Assembly: GCF_001194135.2 (NCBI RefSeq)
Contig: NC_068985.1
Location: 71,653,000 to 71,716,999 of the forward strand
From: Octopus bimaculoides
Lineage: Eukaryota
Direction of reading: 5' to 3'
DNA length: 64,000 bases
A program made the position numbers and the translations under genes. This document shows, piece after piece, positions 11,370 through 24,204 of the stretch (positions within the stretch are counted from its first letter, which is position 1; each line of letters begins with the position of its first letter). The notes under the pieces were generated by a model. The model worked only from the letters and a program-made list of their open reading frames with translations, did not search any database and had not been told where the DNA came from.

Positions 11370-12695
11370 CTGCAAATTGATAGTATGGTTTTCACTGCCA
11401 AATATATAAATATCTATGCACAACCATCATCTTAATAAGGTTATCCAAAAATTTCAATCCAATCTAAAGGAGTTTATCTTTTGTTAGTTTCTCTTCACTA
11501 ATAATTTGTATAATATTAACTGTTTGATGGTTTTCAATGCAATACATTACATACAGGGAGTTCTATCATAACCTAAATATCTAGCTATCTGTCTGTAGAC
11601 TCAAACACATACATGTATATACATACACATATATCTTCATATGTATGTATGTACACATAGATTTGTATATATTGTATGTATATAAATATGTGTGTATATT
11701 TATATTGTATATACATGTGTGTGTGTATGTGTGCATACGCATAAATAGCTAAGATATTTGGAACTCAGTGGTTTCGGTTTCAGTTTCAATATGTGGCATC
11801 TTGGTGAAGTTTCGCCAATTATTGCTCTGGGACGACCAATTTTTCTGTGAGTGAATTTGATTGACTGAAACTAAGCTGCCTTTCATTAGTTGACTACTGG
11901 TATTGGTTTGCTTACAGCTGCATAACATAGTAATTAACCAAAAACAGATTTGGGATATGTACCGAAGCTCCAAAATTACGCCCTGGAATTGATTTGATCA
12001 ACTAAATCCTTCATTGCAGTGCCTTGAAACTTGTATAGCAATAAAAGGAACCAATAATACTCTGATGGATAGCTTCATGGATACTCGCTGATGGATAACG
12101 ACATCGACAAGTCTAGAGGACCCTTTAGTTTTCACATGTCAAGGATAGCACAAACTCCCTAGTGTTGATGTCTCTCACACACACCCACACAAAATGTAAT
12201 AGTACAGTCTATTAAATGTTTGGTGTTAGAAAGGGCATTAAAACCATGCCAGAATGAAAACAAGAAGTTTTAACAAGATCTGATTTGAATCAAGGCAACC
12301 TGTCTAATTCGTGCCAGCCAGGCTGGAAGGGGTATGATCATATTTATATTAATGTGTGTGTATTTGTGTACACGTGTAATACACATACACACACGCACGT
12401 GTAATACATACTTGCATACTGTATATTTTATACACATTCATATATGAATATATATATACTTGTGCTATATGAATGTATGCTCACATACTCAAAGATGTCT
12501 GTATATGTACATACTACATATATACATACACATATATGTTTGTAGTGTATATACACATAAGTATATATATATATATATAATATAATATATACACGTGTAT
12601 GTTATAAATTTATAGTAGTATATTTTCATTTAATATGTAGTATCTATCTAGTGAGCTATGTATGTATACACTTGTATAGAAAGTATAAAAACATA

Positions 12696-12734
<39 letters not shown>

Positions 12735-13654
12735 AGACGCTGTCATAAGTATGAAAGTTTTAATTATGGGTGTATGCGTATGTATGCACGTGTATGTATG
12801 TGTATATAAATAAATATATATACATATATATATATACACACACACACGCATATGTTTAGGTATGAAAGTTTATACTGATACACACAATTTAGTTAATGTG
12901 TATGTGTATTTTTCTTTGTCTATCATATGGGTTAATTTCTCTCTCTCTGTCCCAATATGTGTGTGTGTGTATATATATACACGTTTGTGTGTGTGTGTAT
13001 ATGTACACAACTATACGGATGTATGTAACCCCAAACAACCGGTGTGCATATTCTTTACTTTCGCCTGTTTATATATATGTATATATATATATATATATAT
13101 NNNNNNNNNNNNNNNNNNNNNNNNNNNNNNNNNNNNNNNNNNNNNNNNNNNNNNNNNNNNNNNNNNNNNNNNNNNNNNNNNNNNNNNNNNNNNNNNNNNN
13201 NNNNNNNNNNNNNNNNNNNNNNNNNNNNNNNNNNNNNNNNNNNNNNNNNNNNNNNNNNNNNNNNNNNNNNNNNNNNNNNNNNNNNNNNNNNNNNNNNNNN
13301 NNNNNNNNNNNNNNNNNNNNNNNNNNNNNNNNNNNNNNNNNNNNNNNNNNNNNNNNNNNNTTGCTCTGGACTTCGCATTTATTATTCCATTTATCCTCCT
13401 GGGGTCAATAAAGTAAATAACAAGCAATCATATACTGGAGACGAATCAACCTTTTCCTTACAAATTCAGGTCGAAAACAAGCACACACACACACGCACGC
13501 ACGCACGCACACACGCACGCGCACTATCGATGCGCGTGTCTTCATAGCCGTATATGTGATGTATGCTAGTTGAAAAGAGGATATCTGTCACACTCACTCT
13601 CTCTCTCACACACACACACATACACACACACACACTTATCTGTATTCTACATAC

Positions 13655-13791
13655 AACTTATGATAGGGGACATTCTCTTCAGCTGCCGACTGGAAATCAA
13701 ACCAATTTCAGTTCCTGTATTGCATCCTCCACAGGCACCAAGAGGGAAATACCGGGGCTCTTTGTCCTCACTAGCATGATTCCCGCCACCC
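13655..13791 (-). CDS. Candidate internal exon: GGGNHASEDKEPRYFPLGACGGCNTGTEIGLISSRQLKRMSPIIS
   Basis: Unique island noticeably more GC-rich than its flanks. Acceptor gtaattttgtttgtatttatag|G, donor T|gtatgt, open frame over 137 nt. Another frame gives VAGIMLVRTKSPGISLLVPVEDAIQELKLV*. No homolog recognised. Confidence 0.3.
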
Positions 13792-14602
13792 CTATAAATA
13801 CAAACAAAATTACAATACGTGCACACATATAAGGCAAATACATGCTTTGTAGGTGACTCTTCATATTCACTTGATCTTTTAGAAATAAACAGCCAAATGT
13901 TTCTCTAAGAACCCACTTTTCTGTCTTAGAGTTGAAAATTCACATTGTATAATGAATGTACAGAAAGGGGACTCAAACTCCTACAATCGTGATTGTGCTT
14001 ATTTAGGACTGGTCTAAGTTAAAAGAAAAAAAGACAAATGCTAAACACGGATGCCTGCAATCACACTTATTTTACTCACAAACACATTTTTTGACTACAT
14101 GAAAAACAGTAATGGATACATTTGTACACATGTATTTGCACGTATACAAACATGCATTCACTGCCACATACAACACATTGTTTTATGTATATGCACATAA
14201 CTCCCATAGACATAGATGTAAGTGCATTCGCAGAAACCATTCCTAGTTAGTATTAACATTTATATGTGTTAGCACACGTGTATGCCCTTCTTCACACACA
14301 ATGCATATAGGAGCCAACGGGCGAATCCCCTACATACGTGCTTGTTCAGTGATGTACTGCAGGAGATACTTAGGTGTACCATGGATTTTTAGATTTAAAA
14401 AATTATAAATTTAAGGCTTTATGTAATCCGTACAAATGCTCACAGGCGTCTTGAGAAACGTGCTATTCATATTTTGCTATAAACAAGTATGTTTTATAAA
14501 ATAAACTTATCAATTGTTTTCTACATTATTTTTGAGTCATTTTAGTCATCCATGCAACTTGTACTAGTAATATACCAAACATTTCCAGACTGAGAATCAT
14601 TG

Positions 14603-14823
14603 CTATGGTTCTCAACAATTTTTTTTTTATACCCATGGACCCCTTTGACTACTATTTTATTCTGGTGGGTCCCCATAGCTTCTTGACATTTAAAAACTAG
14701 GTTTATAAATACTTCTTTCAAAATTCCTATTTTGTTTTTCACACATTAACTTGTGTAGGGTTGAACTATGTAAAACATTTGAAAAAAGCTGTTTCTTACG
14801 ATAAATACATCTAAAGCAAAATT
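14603..14823 (+). mobile_element. hAT (Charlie-like) MITE, left-end fragment
   Basis: ctatggttctcaac...actattttattctggtgg.tccccat...cattaacttgtgtagg.ttgaactatgtaaaa aligns with 44753-45086. Followed by a family C copy (14835-14995). Confidence 0.7.
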
Positions 14824-16264
14824 TATGATCATCAACTTACTACAAATAGCAATCAAATCTCCCTTAAATCACATCGTCTGAAATAAAGGATGGATACTTG
14901 GGTCAGTGTTTTCCCAGATGTATAAAAATATGCGATGGTCATGTTTGGAATACTTTCCATCATAGTCCTTGATGAATGCTGATCTAAGGCTAAATATTAG
15001 CAATAAACATAATATGTTACATCAACCCCAGTGGTTGACTGGTACTTATTTTATTGACCCCAAAATGATGAAAAGCGAAGTCAACTTTGGAATTCTATGA
15101 AGAATGTCTCACAATGGTTGAGAGAAGAAAACTGAAATGTTGTGGCCACATAAGATTGAATGTCCTTGGTAAAAATCATTTGTCAAGGAACTGTGGGAGG
15201 AAAGAAGGGGAGGTGGATAGGAAAAGATGGATAGACAACATCAAGGAACAACTTGAGTAAATTGCTTGCGGAGACCTTAGCTCTGACATACAGATTCCTA
15301 GTTGAATGACCCCCAAGAAAGTTAGTAATGTTTATGTGTGTGTGTATGTGAATAGAATATTTGAAGTTTTAAGAGATAAGCTGAACATTTTTTTTTGTGA
15401 AGAGCAAGTAAAGATAAGAAAATGGGACCATTTCTTAAACATTTTATTATTATTTTTATTATTTGAAGAGAAGACTGATGCATCATCAATTTTTTAAGTT
15501 CTGTTTTGTCCTCTTTCACCTATTCTCCCAATCTGTTACCTTCCTCCTCTCCCTGCCACAGACGACTTGACTACAATGACAACAGTAGCAATTATGCTAA
15601 ATCTGTTGATCAAAAACACACATACACACATACTAACTCTCCACTCTACAAAGAGACACACACACACACACAATTTTACACATTTACAGACACTAGCTTC
15701 CATTGGTTTCCACCTCCACCATACACACACTTAAGATATAATTATCAATATTAATAGAATCTTTATAAAAAAAAACATAAATGAATAAATGTCTTCCAAA
15801 TCAGAGTTATCAGTCTGTCTCATCTAAGATTTCCATCATATGACTGTCAACTGTGGGTGAGTTTGAGGGCAATACTTTGTTAAAACGCTCTCTTTTCTCC
15901 CTCCTTCTCTTTGTGTGTGTGTGTGTGTGTGTGCATGCATGTGCTTGTGTATGTATATACATGCTTGTATCTCTGTTTGTGTGTGCACATATATGCATAT
16001 ATGTGTTGTGGCTACCCGTTTAACCTGACTAAAATAATCAATATACTTGATACAGATATTATCAAATTAATAACAGTTAATAATAATAAATGATTTCTAG
16101 CATAGGCACAAGGGTTCAAGTGTGGCCAATGGAAGGGAAGCTGTAGTTGATTAAATTGACCTTATAATTTAATGAATCTCCATGAAGACCATTAAGCAGT
16201 CCTTACTGACAAATTGAGGTTTGTAGCAAAAATAATATTGGTTGTGTAGTAAGCAACAAAATTC

Positions 16265-16499
16265 CTACGTTCTCTCAGTTTCCTGTAATTCAGACTGCTT
16301 CATGGTCCCAGCAGACAAAATGGAAAAAGCGTGGCCCCAGAGGATGGCAAGAGTGAGGCATTGGAACAGCTACCCTGACTCACGGGGCTCACCACGTGCC
16401 ATCTGCCATCTCCACCCTGATAGTGGTGAGCAGAGATATGGTCCAGTGATCAAGTACACCAGAGGTCTCCACTACCATAGGCTTGACCATAAACCTGTC
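16265..16499 (-). mobile_element. RLE-type (CRE-like) non-LTR retrotransposon, C-terminal endonuclease relic
   Basis: Manual translation: RFMVKPMVVETSGVLDHWTISLLTTIRVEMADGT/GEPRESG*LFQCLTLAILWGHAFSILSAGTMKQSELQETERT*. Matches the P-x-A/V-VET-x-G...TGEPR...LFQRL-x-LAI-x-RGNA motif. Paralog at 50940-51127. Confidence 0.75.
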
Positions 16500-16896
16500 A
16501 GAGATTGACTAGTACTTCATTTTATTGATTACAGGATTACAGGAACATGAAAGGTAATGGCTTTGATGGAATTTGAACACAGACAGTAAAGGGTTGTAAG
16601 TAAAGGTTGCAAAGCCTTTTGGTTTAATTCTCATTGATTACTTTTATTGGTTCCAAGGTCTCAAGTCATTGGGGATGGTACAAGGAAGAAACAGAAGAGT
16701 AGTTGGAGATTTGCACTGAATAAAGTAATAAATGTCCACAAATGATAAAGAAAGAACAAAGATGAATAGCAATAACAAAGAGTTACAGATAACAAGAAGA
16801 GATACCCAAAATGGGGAACACATACACATCACAACTATATAACACATAAGGCTACTAATATTTTGCAAAGTAACTGACAGTTATAGCACAGCCTTA

Positions 16897-17370
16897 ATCA
16901 TCATCATTTAATGTTTGTTTTCCATGCTGGCATGGGTTAGACAGTTTGACCAGAGTTGATCACCTGGAGAGCTGCACCAGGCTCCAGGTGTCTGTTTAGG
17001 TCTGGTTTCTATGGCCAGATGCGCTTCCTAATGTCAACCAACCACTTTACAGAGTGTACTAGGTATCTTTTATCTGTCACTGGCACAGGTGCTTTCACGC
17101 GTGACTGGCATGGGTGCCTTTTATGTGTCACCAGCATGGGTGCCCTTCATGTGCCATCAGCACTGGCCACAACCATAATTTTGCTTGACTTGATGTGTCT
17201 TCTCAAGCATAGCAAATTGCTAAAAGTCTTGGTCACTTGTCATTGCTTCCGTGAGACTCCACAACCGAAGATCGTATTTCACCATGTTGTCCCACATCTT
17301 TCTGGGTCTACCTCTTCTACAGGTTCCCTCCATAATTAGAGATCAGCATGATAACACATAATCTGTGCAG
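16897..17370 (-). mobile_element. RTE LINE 3' end (ORF C-terminus, 3' UTR and (ATG)n tail)
   Basis: Minus-strand translation GTCRRGRPRKMWDNMVKYDLRLWSLTEAMTSDQDF*QFAMLEKT; tail ...ccatgccagcatggaaaacaaacattaaatgatgatgat. Confidence 0.85.
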
Positions 17371-17395
17371 TTAGACTGTGTGGTAAGAAGTTTAT

Positions 17396-17756
17396 GATAA
17401 TACATCAATTCACATAGCTAAAGTTGTTACTGAAGTGCATGAGGAACATTCTAGTGAAGTTCAACATCTTATCTAGCCACCACAGTCCCCAGATCTCAAT
17501 ATTATTGAACATTTACGGTGCATTTTAGAAAAACAAGTAAGGAGTCAATATCCTCCACCGTCATCACTACAAGAACTGGGGACTGTTTTAGTTGAAGAAT
17601 GGACAAAAATTCCTTTGGAAAGAATTCAGACTTTGTACGAGTCTATACCTCGTAGAATTCAAGCTGTAATTACTGCCAAAGGCAGTCCTACCCCATATTA
17701 AAATATATTTGTTTAAAATTTTAAGGTGTTTCCATTATTTTGTCCCCCCCCTCCTG
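17396..17756 (+). mobile_element. Tc1-superfamily transposon, right-end fragment (transposase C-terminus plus TIR), D36E spacing
   Basis: DNTSIHIAKVVTEVHEEHSSEVQHLI*PPQSPDLNIIEHLRCILEKQVRSQYPPPSSLQELGTVLVEEWTKIPLERIQTLYESIPRRIQAVITAKGSPTPY* (17396-17701). Terminal ggtgtttccattattttgtccccccc..cctg followed by TA. Confidence 0.92.
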
Positions 17757-17759
17757 TAT

Positions 17760-18000
17760 ATATTTATGTGTATATGTCTTATGTCTTTGTGTCTGTGTTT
17801 GTCCCCACCACCACTTGACAACTGGTATTGGTGTGTTTATGTTCGCTGTAACTTAGCAGTTCAGCAAAATAGACCAATTGAATAAATCAGGTTTAAAAAG
17901 AAAATGAGTACTAGGATCAATTAGTTTTTACTAAAATTCCTGAAGGTGGTGCCCCAGCATGGTTGTAGCCTAATGACTGAAACAAGTAAAAGATAAAAGA
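17760..18000 (+). mobile_element. SINE family A, 3' half (head remnant at about 17374-17393 lies on the other side of the Tc1 fragment)
   Basis: gtctttgtgtctgtgtttgtcccaccacc...aacttagcagttcagc...tgactgaaacaagtaaaagataaaaga; head remnant actgtgtggtaagaagttt. Confidence 0.85.
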
Positions 18001-20481
18001 CCCTGCAACTCATGCTACACAGTTGCTACCTCACTCTAAAACACAGCACATACTTCATGCAATCGTAACCCAACACTAAAGCATGACCGTACTACTCATC
18101 AAAGACAAGAAACACTAAAATAACTCCAGAAATTTTTAAAAATCCAACTAATGTTGCTTTATATTTGTTTGGCCTAGGTACACTTTGAATGAGAAAAACC
18201 TAAGAATGAGTTTTCCACTGTACCCTTCCATTTTTGAGACAGTATGAATTACTTAAGGAAAATTTAGGCACTATTTCTTGTAAAGAGAGTGATCATGTAG
18301 GCTTCTCTTCTTAGCATGATATTGGTATTGTAACTGGAAGAGGTAAATACCACGCACATACACACACACTATTAGAGAGGGAGGAAGGGAGAGAGAGAGA
18401 GAAGAGTGAGAGATAGGAAGGAATAAATAACTTGAGATCTTCCATGTGATATTGACTGAGAATCATTTTACACCATGGCAACCAATGGTTAATGGCACGG
18501 CTTGGACATGTAGTCTCAAGCATAACAACGATAGACTTAAATGCTGCCCCTCTACCACCATTTATTATAGTTGTACACAATCCATTTAGTTATCCATAGT
18601 CTGTCATAACTCACCTGATCAACATGGGGTTTCTTCTAGCTATACTATGCTGTCAGTAATTATAGATGTTTGATGACACAACACCTTTACTAACTGCCCA
18701 CTGCTGTAACTCCTTAGCAAATATAAACAGAACAACTTGTGTGTATAATAACATAGCCAGCAGTAATTATTAAATACCTCCACTGAAGGAAAAGAATTCT
18801 TTTAACCAATTAGACACACTCACTTAGAATGTTGCCTAAAACATATATTAAAAATATATATAATATATCATCTACAGATCAGTAAGTCCTTTTATTTAAA
18901 CAGGACTTGTTGAAAACTCTACTGTATATTGCTTTACAAATTTCCTGTTATTTATGTTGCTTTACGTTTTCATTTTTTTATTTTCTAGTTAGTCAGTCTT
19001 TCTTCTGTCTGTCTGTCTCTTTCTCTCCTTCCCTCTCTCCTTTCTCTTTCTGTGTGTGAAATTGTTCATGTGTGCCTGTAAGATATCTTCTCTGAAAGCC
19101 ATATACAAATAATAAAACAGAGAGACAGATAACTCATGTGACAAGGGTAAATTGAATGAGTAGTATAAAATATAGAGAGCTTACTTCAGTTAAATACCAG
19201 TACTCCCAAAAGGCTCCTGCTTATTAAACAGAGCTCTGTCTTCACACATGTAGACAGGTAATCTTTATTCCCACAAATCTTGATGAAAATATAATGGCAC
19301 ATTTTATTTCTCAAATGAATTTCCTATTATTTGTTAGAAATTACCATATCCTCATAGAAAACCAAGAGTTAATGAACTGCAAAAATCTCACAAAACAGCG
19401 ATTCATTCAATAGTCTATCAAATTTGAAAGATCATGTCTGAAACTTTGTAACACAACAGCCTTTAGAGTTTGAGTCCAATCAAATATCTCCCAAACAGTT
19501 TCTATTCTTGAAATAGTTATCAACACATTATGTATACCTTGCCCTAATTATCTTCTTCAGTAACTCACTCGTGTACAGAAAACAAGATCTAAGAGACCAC
19601 TGGGAGCTATAAACTTATTTATCATTACCAAAATGATGGATCTCTCTCAAAACCATTTAACCACTTGCTGATGTTAACAGCATTGGGTCTCATCTGAAAT
19701 GTAATCATATTATAACTGTAGCTAATGATCACTGCAAACAAACCAAATAACTAGAAGATATTATTATAATTTTGAGACTTCACAACAGACTTATAAATAC
19801 CATTTACATTAAATTAACATTTAGCAATGGAACCATATTTGTAAGTAAATTACAATACACATCCTTTATCTTTCGATGTGATATCTTAAATTCCTGTTTG
19901 ATAATTATCTATATTAAATTGAGAAAGTTGGAAAATAAAATCAACAGAAACTGAAGCCAGAATCACAGAACAAGAAACTAAACACATTAAAATATTTATT
20001 CTGTAACATCTTTCTCTCTCATCGATACATGTATATGTATGAATATATATGTGCGTGTGTGTGTGTGTATAAATCTCTGTCATCCTATCATTCTCTCTCT
20101 TGCTCTTTCTGGCTTGCATACTAACCCCTGATGCTACTTTTCCCTCATTTATGTGGGTGGGTAGTGAAGAGCTAGTTCTCAGCTTTTCATCAATCACTTT
20201 ACAATGATATATATATATATACACACACACATAAAATATCAACACACACACACACATACATCATATATGTGTGCATTTATACGTGTGTGCATATATGGAT
20301 GCTGTACACTGCATCAGATAATTTCAACTCAGTGTCCTGGTTAACATTCCTTTCATTTACCTGTCTTGTGTTATAACTGTTATCCAAGCAGGAATAGGTT
20401 AAACTGTTATTATTTCTCTTGTAATCAACTGATGAGAGTTGTACATCTGTAACAAGCTGTTACATAACCACTTGAAACCTA

Positions 20482-21030
20482 CATCGTCATCATTATCATC
20501 TAACATCCATTTTTCCATGCTGGTGTGAGTTGGATGGTTTGACAGGAGTTGGGAATCTACAGAGATGCACCGGCTCTAATTGTCTGTTTTGTAGTTGGAT
20601 GCCCTTCCTAACACTAACCACTTTACAGAGTTTACAAGGTGCTTTTTACATAACACCTGCACAGGTATTTTTTACATGACACTAGCACATGTGCTTTTTA
20701 CATGGCACCAGCACAGGTGCTTTTTACATCCATGTGAGGCTCAACACTTGAAGATCATTTCTCATCATTTCATCCCACATCTTTCTGAGTCTACCATTTC
20801 CACAAGTTCCCTCCCCTATTAGAAATTAGTACTTTTTTATGCAGCTGTCCTCATCCATATGCATCACATGGCCATACCAGCACAGACTTTTCTCTTGCAT
20901 ACTACATCTGATGTGTCTTATACCCAATTTTTCTCTTAAATCATTTACAGTCTGTTGTCCATGCACACTGACATTACCCATCCAACAGAGCATGCTGGCT
21001 TCACTTCTTTCAAGTCTATGCATATCCTCT
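20482..21030 (-). mobile_element. RTE LINE 3' end (post-RT C-terminal coding relic plus 3' UTR)
   Basis: ORF 20826-21023 RLERSEASMLCWMGNV...LREKLGIRHIRCSMQEKSLCWYGHVMHMDED matches the RTE RLRW(F/Y)GHV motif; followed by GRLRKMWDEMMRNDL, tandem ~26-bp UTR repeats and an (ATG)n tail. Confidence 0.9.
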
Positions 21031-22391
21031 GTAGTATATATACATACATGTGAGAGAGAGAGAGAGAGAGTATGGTAAGAATGACTAACATGATGGGGAT
21101 TATGGTGGTGGTGTTGATGCTTCTGACGATTAATATTATGCTACAGCTAGTGTAAAACTGTTATTAGATGATTTTTTTTTTATTAATATGTTTTCTGCAC
21201 TGAAGCATGTTGATGTATAAAATTCAAATATGTATATATATGTGAATATGTATCTATTTTATAATCATTTATTACTGGTTTACAGATTCCACCTTTCTGT
21301 TCAGTTTTTTGTTTGTTCACAGAAACATAGTTTTCATAGCTCTAATCAATTTTTAATTATTTATTGAATACTTTCAGTGAAAAATACCACATATTGAGAT
21401 AAATTGAGATATATACTGTGAAGTGCATGCGATTATATCTACTATCTTACATAGATACGTACATACACAAGTATTAGAAATGTGTTTGTATATGGTTGTG
21501 CAAGTATATGTATATCTCTAAGTGTCTATATCTTCTTATCAGTACCAATCCTTCCACCATTTAAAAACACTGAATGTATTTTATTTTTTCGATTTTTCCC
21601 CTTAGTAATGATGTGTCTAAACTTCTCATGCATTAAAGTGAACTTTTGACCTTACTTTGATTTTTTTTAAGTAACAATCACCAAGAGATTCATGCATCTG
21701 CTGCTTGCAGTGGAACTTCTTTACTCGTGCTAAAGTAAATGATGCAACAGGAAAGCTTCTGTATGGTTGCTCATCTTACTAAGAATTGTAATGAAGTCTC
21801 CCTTACATCACACACCTTATTAATCTGAAAAAAAAAAAAAAGGCAAATAACACGTGACATCAGGTAGTTGTAACTATTTCTAGAAAGACTGGGATGCTCT
21901 TGATTGAAATTGAAGCTAAACAACAATGCCAGAATAGTGACAGTATAGCTAATCTAAATCTTAGGACAGTGGATAATCACAATCCTCAATTTTTGAAAGT
22001 TTGTAAATATAATTAAGACCCCCCCACCCTTGTGGTCATTTGGCCTGATAGAAAATAATAGTCTGGTCTTTCCTACTGCCTTCATGAAAGAGGAATATAT
22101 TAGACAGTGTGTCCATGGATGAAGAAAGTAAATGTAGAATCATGGTTATGATCAAAAGTCTGTTCAATCAAGGCTAAACGAGGGCTAAATGAAAACAACA
22201 TTGATTGTTCAAATGTGACCCAGAATTAAACCACTGAATGAATATGATTTATTCTGATGACAATGCACAAAGCATTGCCTTTAGAATGATTTAGATTTAG
22301 ACAAGAGATAATGAGTTCATATGATGGCCATTCTTTTCTTTTTTCTCCATGGCATTAACTGCAAAAGTTAATTGAATTCTGTACACAGTAC

Positions 22392-22733
22392 TTTTTATCT
22401 GTTACTTGTTTCAGTCATTTGACTCTGGTCAGATGAATCAACTACAGCACTTACCTTTTTAAGCCAACCCACTAAGTTATGGGAATATAAACAAACCATC
22501 ACCAGTTGTTAAGCAGTGGTGGGAAACAAAAACAGATACAATTACACACATACACACAGATATATGACAGACTTTTTTCACAGTTTCCATCTACCAGATC
22601 CATTCACAAGGTTTTGGTCAGCCCGAGGCTGTAGCAGAGGACACTTACCCAAAGTGTCACACAGTGGGACTGAACCCAGAAGCATATGGTTGGGATGCAT
22701 GCTTCTTACCACACAGCCACACCTGCTCCTGTA
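22392..22733 (-). mobile_element. SINE family A, near full-length, CpG-decayed
   Basis: Reverse complement of the A pattern (ttacttgtttcagtcatt...gacacttacccaaagtgtcacacagtgggactgaaccc...cttcttaccacacagccac). Confidence 0.85.
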
Positions 22734-23191
22734 TGTTAAGTGATGACGGATCTTGTGTTGATTATGAAGAGTATTCCAGTAGTTCAGTTAATGGAATTGC
22801 ACACTAATTGTATACCCATAACATAATCCTCAAGTAGACTTAAAGTAACAGTGTGTGTGTGTTGTGTGTGTGTGTGAAAGAGAAAGAGAAAGAAGGCAGA
22901 TCCTTTGAATTACAGGTCTCCTCAGTATGGTATTATTGTGTACGTGGTTTAGTATTTCAGGTAGAATTCTCAATATACAGTGTATGACAAAGCTGGCTCT
23001 TTGACTTCATGATTATGTACACAAATACAGTGCATATAACACAGTTTTCATCTGCCCGGTTTTATTCACATAGCTTTTTCACCACTAGGCTACAATAAAT
23101 GATTCATGTTTCACCTGTGTTGAACAAACAAAATTAATTTCTGTAGTCATTATAAAGGGGTTTGTTAGATAATTTTGAGCAGTAGGTAGGG

Positions 23192-23385
23192 GTTGTTGTT
23201 GCTGTTAGCTCTGAGTGAACCTAGGATTAAAAGTGGTCCAACCCTAACTATCCTTTTTTTTTTTGCTTTGATATATCTAGCATTATATTTTCCAATATGT
23301 AATTACTTTTTAAGACTGTAGTGTGTGATATCTGAGGGAGATTTCACAGCTATTTCTTACATATAGAGTGATCCCATAAAGCCTC
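23192..23385 (-). mobile_element. Family C repeat
   Basis: gttgttgttgctgttagctctgag...gtgtgatatctgagggagatttcacagctatttct...aagcctcc; inverted relative to 23855-24058. Confidence 0.65.
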
Positions 23386-23854
23386 CTAAGAACATTTGTA
23401 ATAAACATAAAATAAATCCAGTGGACAACTTCACAAATTCATCAGACTCTGATACAGTGTCTTAATCTACTAGAAATAGCAATCAAATCTTTGTAAAAAC
23501 TCATCTCCTGCAGCTTAAACAAGGGCAACGTAACTCAGTCAAAACACTTTTTCTTTGTTTGCCATAAGTGAGTAACAGAAAAAAATGCAAGGCAAGCTTA
23601 AGCAGGACAAGGATTATGACTGGCAGTAAACTTTAAAATGTAGGTATTGTTCCAAAGTATAAAATACAGGGGTTAGAAGGTTAGAAGATGATAGCTTTAA
23701 TGTAAACCTATAAATCCATGTTAATAGACTAGGATTTAGGATTGTACTAGTTGATCCCATTCCTTTTAAACTCTTGCTTTGATGTTTTACTTAATTGATT
23801 GTAGTGGCGATTTATTTGACTACACATAGCTAAACAGTTTAATGAAAAATGTGT

Positions 23855-24058
23855 TACATGGTCGTTTGAGCTGGTAGAAATGGCAGCTAAATTACCCACA
23901 TCATATATTAAAAACTTGAGAAAGGATCAACCTGTTGGATAATATTTTCCTAGATACACTTTGTATAAATTTGAGTTGAGATAATAGTCTTGGTAAAAAC
24001 ACTTTCAATGGTAGTTGTACCTTCTCTATCAGCATTGACTTGGGGCTAAACAGCAACA
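23855..24058 (+). mobile_element. Family C repeat with (AAC)-like tail
   Basis: ggtcgtttgagctggtagaaatggcagctaaat...ttggataatattttcctagatacact...gacttggggctaaacagcaacag. Confidence 0.65.
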
Positions 24059-24204
24059 GTCATAGCTGATCACTTCTGTTTGTCTTCTACCTTCTTGGCA
24101 TGTTATGCATACAAGTGGTGTGCATACACACACCACTTGTATGCACATGTACCTCTGTCTTCTGGTTTGTACATGCAGGGGGAAAAAATATTGCCAGTTA
24201 TCTT

